Source of the DNA: a virus
Direction: 5' to 3' (one strand)
DNA length: 36,413 bases
IMG/VR virus record: IMGVR_UViG_3300010327_000704
Coordinates: 1 to 36,413 of that record
Shown piece by piece: positions 34,155-36,413 of this stretch (position 1 is the stretch's first letter; the number at the start of each line of letters is the position of its first letter). The notes beneath the pieces were generated by a model, which was not told the DNA's origin, did not search any database, and was given only the letters and a program-made list of their open reading frames with translations. Position numbers and translations under genes: made by a program.

Positions 34155-35659
34155 TGTTCGTCCTTCTCAATTTTCTCTATGATCCGTTCCTTGAGGGTTT
34201 CGAGAGTATCCACGACCTTGTCGATGATTTCAGCTTCCACGGGCGCTTCGACTGGCTTCCCGCTGATGTAGTGGGCGTCCATGAGTGGATGATCAGACTT
34301 TTGGATGTTGTACTTGTGTGAGAAGCGTTCTATGATCTCATTTGGCGTCATGGCCCCCACCTCGAAGAGCTTGAGGCAGTTCTGGAGGTCGTAGTCGTCT
34401 TCTTCGATGTCAGCATTCTCAAATCGTATCGCCCAATCATGAGTCGAGAAGCCCCTCTCATCCCGCATAACGCATTGGTTCAGAAGCTCTTCCCACATTC
34501 GTTGGCGTTGAGCGATGATGCCTTTCTTGTAGTTGATTCTTGCGATTCTGGCGGTGTTCCCGCCGAGGGAGCCGATCTGCATCACCGCCACACGATACGG
34601 GTCAACACCATGAGCCGAAATGATCTCATCACGGTTATCCTGGCCGTACATCCGAAACGAGGCTTCCTTCTCCTCCACAGCCAAACGCTCAAATTCAACC
34701 TTAATTTCGCCAGAGGACTCCCCAGGGATCGCAAGAATGAGGGGAGTGTGCGGATTCTTCACCAATTCCTTGAAATGGCGTTCTATAGCCTCCTGCAAGA
34801 CCGTGGTGCCAGTAGGATTCCCTTCCGCGTCAAGAATCTCCTCATCAACATAATTTCCTGAAATAAAGACCGCATAGGCTGGCACCCCAAAATTCTTGAA
34901 AAATGACAAGTTATACTCTTTCCGGGCTTCCTCGGCCGCGATCGCGTGAATAGCCGGAATATAGTCTGGGATGCCATAGTAGGAGGAGCGTGAGGAGTAA
35001 TTATGGAGGATGACGAGCTCGTTGGCTGCGATGTCACCTGGGAGACTTCCGAGAGCGTGCTCTTCGCCCGTGTCCATATGCACGTCCTTCTCATAGCCGA
35101 AACGCTTGAACCAGCGATACTTTATACCGTCCCAGCTCTGGGCGTACTTGTTTTCGCTCTTGTGGATCCGTACGGTGGCTGCCGGCACATGCTCCAACGC
35201 CTTGACCCTTCCATGGTGGACGCCGCCGTATCTGATGATCTCAAGGCAGGCCCAGCCCACCTCCTCGAAATCTTGTGCAGCACGGACGAGAACGCTCTCC
35301 AATGATGGATAGAGATTGGAAAAGAAGCCCTCTATTTCTTTCCGTTTGTCGTCGTCGGCCTCCGGCGTAGTGGGGACTAATTCCCAGCCCTGTCCGACTG
35401 TATCGATTGCCTTGGTGGCGCAGCAGCGAGCATGGAACGTATTCTTCTCCGATAAGCTTGCCAGGCCGAATGGGTTGTATGGTGGCTCTATTAGCCCGCG
35501 TCGCACGTACTTGCCGGCGAAGGCATCTCCTCGGAGTCGCTTGGACTCCCCTCGGATCTCGTACTGCTTCAAGACCGAGTTCGGGACGAACCTGCCGTTC
35601 TCGAGGACGACGCCGAACGGTATGCGCTTCTCCGCTTTCATCTTCACGGCCTCACTCAA
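34151..35659 (-). CDS. Portal protein (PBSX/HK97-like)
   Basis: IEPPYNP..L, CATKAIDTVGQGW, YYGIPDY...YNLSFFKNFGVP, GAMTPNEI. Confidence 0.94.
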   Translation of the reverse strand: MSEAVKMKAEKRIPFGVVLENGRFVPNSVLKQYEIRGESKRLRGDAFAGKYVRRGLIEPPYNPFGLASLSEKNTFHARCCATKAIDTVGQGWELVPTTPEADDDKRKEIEGFFSNLYPSLESVLVRAAQDFEEVGWACLEIIRYGGVHHGRVKALEHVPAATVRIHKSENKYAQSWDGIKYRWFKRFGYEKDVHMDTGEEHALGSLPGDIAANELVILHNYSSRSSYYGIPDYIPAIHAIAAEEARKEYNLSFFKNFGVPAYAVFISGNYVDEEILDAEGNPTGTTVLQEAIERHFKELVKNPHTPLILAIPGESSGEIKVEFERLAVEEKEASFRMYGQDNRDEIISAHGVDPYRVAVMQIGSLGGNTARIARINYKKGIIAQRQRMWEELLNQCVMRDERGFSTHDWAIRFENADIEEDDYDLQNCLKLFEVGAMTPNEIIERFSHKYNIQKSDHPLMDAHYISGKPVEAPVEAEIIDKVVDTLETLKERIIEKIEKDEQ

Positions 35660-36411
35660 AGCGTGATTGTTCCGCCGCCCCTGCGCCGGGGGATCTCAAC
35701 GAGCTCGTAGAGGAACCCAGTGCTGTTTTTGGCTTCGCATCGCACAGCAACGGGCACAACTTTGCCCGTATCGTTTTTCCATTTGAGTCTGAACTTCTTC
35801 CACTCATTCACGGATTCTCCGGGGAGTATGGCTTCGGCAAGCTTACCGTCGTCCCCCGCGAAGTAGGGATCTTGTGTGGCGTTGAATAGGTATGCGCGGG
35901 GCGCATATTCCATTGTAGTGCTTTTGCGAAGCCATACGTCAACCATAACCTTTTTCCCGGGCTCTATGGTGCCAAGATGGATGGTGCGGCGCACAGGAGA
36001 CATTGAATTGGTTAAAGTGTACTGGTAGGCCCTGGTTTTGCCTGGTGGGGTCACGTTGCTCTGGGATTGGACAGTGCCGCCGCGATACCAAGCCATGTAC
36101 GCTCCGGGGACTTGGTTGTGGTTGAAGGACTCCAGGGCACCCTCCAGTGTAGCCCCCCCATAATCGATGCTGATGGTGGGTGCAAGGCAATCATAGAGCC
36201 TATGATGATAATGCAGCCTATTAACTGGCGTGTATCCGCCGAAGTCCATATTATAACATGTTATACGATGCTGGAAGGAGCCATATGCTCCACTTTGAAG
36301 GTTACGGGCCTTGCAGCCCTTGTGCTGACTGAAACCACAACCCAAATCAGGGTATCTATATACGACTGCACGGGCGTTCTGGAACCAGCACCCATCAAAC
36401 AATGACCCCGC
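35656..36411 (-). CDS. C-terminal part of a beta-helix/CBM-like protein, 5'-truncated by the window
   Basis: Frame is open to the window edge (AGSLFDGCWFQN...). Short beta repeats are followed by a jelly-roll-like segment (VMVDVWLRK...EWKKFRLKW). Overlaps the portal start. Confidence 0.5.
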   Translation of the reverse strand, partial: AGSLFDGCWFQNARAVVYRYPDLGCGFSQHKGCKARNLQSGAYGSFQHRITCYNMDFGGYTPVNRLHYHHRLYDCLAPTISIDYGGATLEGALESFNHNQVPGAYMAWYRGGTVQSQSNVTPPGKTRAYQYTLTNSMSPVRRTIHLGTIEPGKKVMVDVWLRKSTTMEYAPRAYLFNATQDPYFAGDDGKLAEAILPGESVNEWKKFRLKWKNDTGKVVPVAVRCEAKNSTGFLYELVEIPRRRGGGTITL

Positions 36412-36413
36412 AG

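Larger units (their letters stand above)
1586..36413. mobile_element. Tailed archaeal virus/provirus (Caudoviricetes, contractile-tail gene set); left end here, right part outside the window
   Basis: Continuous portal-MuF-protease-capsid-neck-sheath-tube-TMP-baseplate-lysis operon plus a replication/recombination arm. Archaeal GGAGGTGA-type SD sites and oligo-T terminators. Composition shifts at about 1.6 kb. Confidence 0.93.

Noticed and set aside
1-36413. CRISPR array or mini-array, tRNA/att site, integrase, terminase, DGR
   Set aside because: I saw no regularly spaced repeats, tRNA-like fold, tyrosine/serine recombinase, terminase or reverse-transcriptase motifs. A by-eye scan could miss short or degenerate elements.

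Overview
Host-virus junction. Positions 1-1526 are the 3' part of a methanogen-type (Methanobacteriales/Methanothermobacter-like) anaerobic ribonucleotide reductase gene, nrdD. It is followed by a 22-codon stub resembling the N-terminus of an archaemetzincin gene that breaks off in an A9 run at 1586-1594. From there to the window end (~34.8 kb) the sequence is a more GC-rich tailed archaeal virus (Caudoviricetes, contractile tail), either a provirus or possibly a chimeric join. A rightward early/replication arm (1613-6914) encodes a Csx16-like putative cA4 ring nuclease, two orphans, an RHH regulator missed by the ORF track, a RecT/Bet recombinase, a PrimPol-[Fe-S]-helicase and a Zn-finger protein. 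It converges on a ~29 kb leftward morphogenesis/lysis operon: portal, MuF, protease/scaffold fusion, HK97-fold capsid, neck, sheath, tube, chaperone with a frameshift extension, tape measure, baseplate, fibres, holin-like protein and papain-family protease. Terminase and integrase are not in the window. Most striking: (1) a ~1260-aa head protein in which the prohead protease/scaffold is fused to a Pol-beta-type nucleotidyltransferase, an ATP-dependent ligase and a LigD-type 3'-phosphoesterase, suggesting a capsid-packaged end-repair kit; (2) a virus-borne Csx16-like ring nuclease as first gene, a candidate type III anti-CRISPR; (3) a cell-wall attack set made of a transglutaminase-like Cys-His-Asp domain on the baseplate hub, a duplicated Cys-rich domain where bacterial phages have LysM, and a C1A papain next to a holin-like gene. 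All family assignments come from motif recognition by eye; no searches were run.
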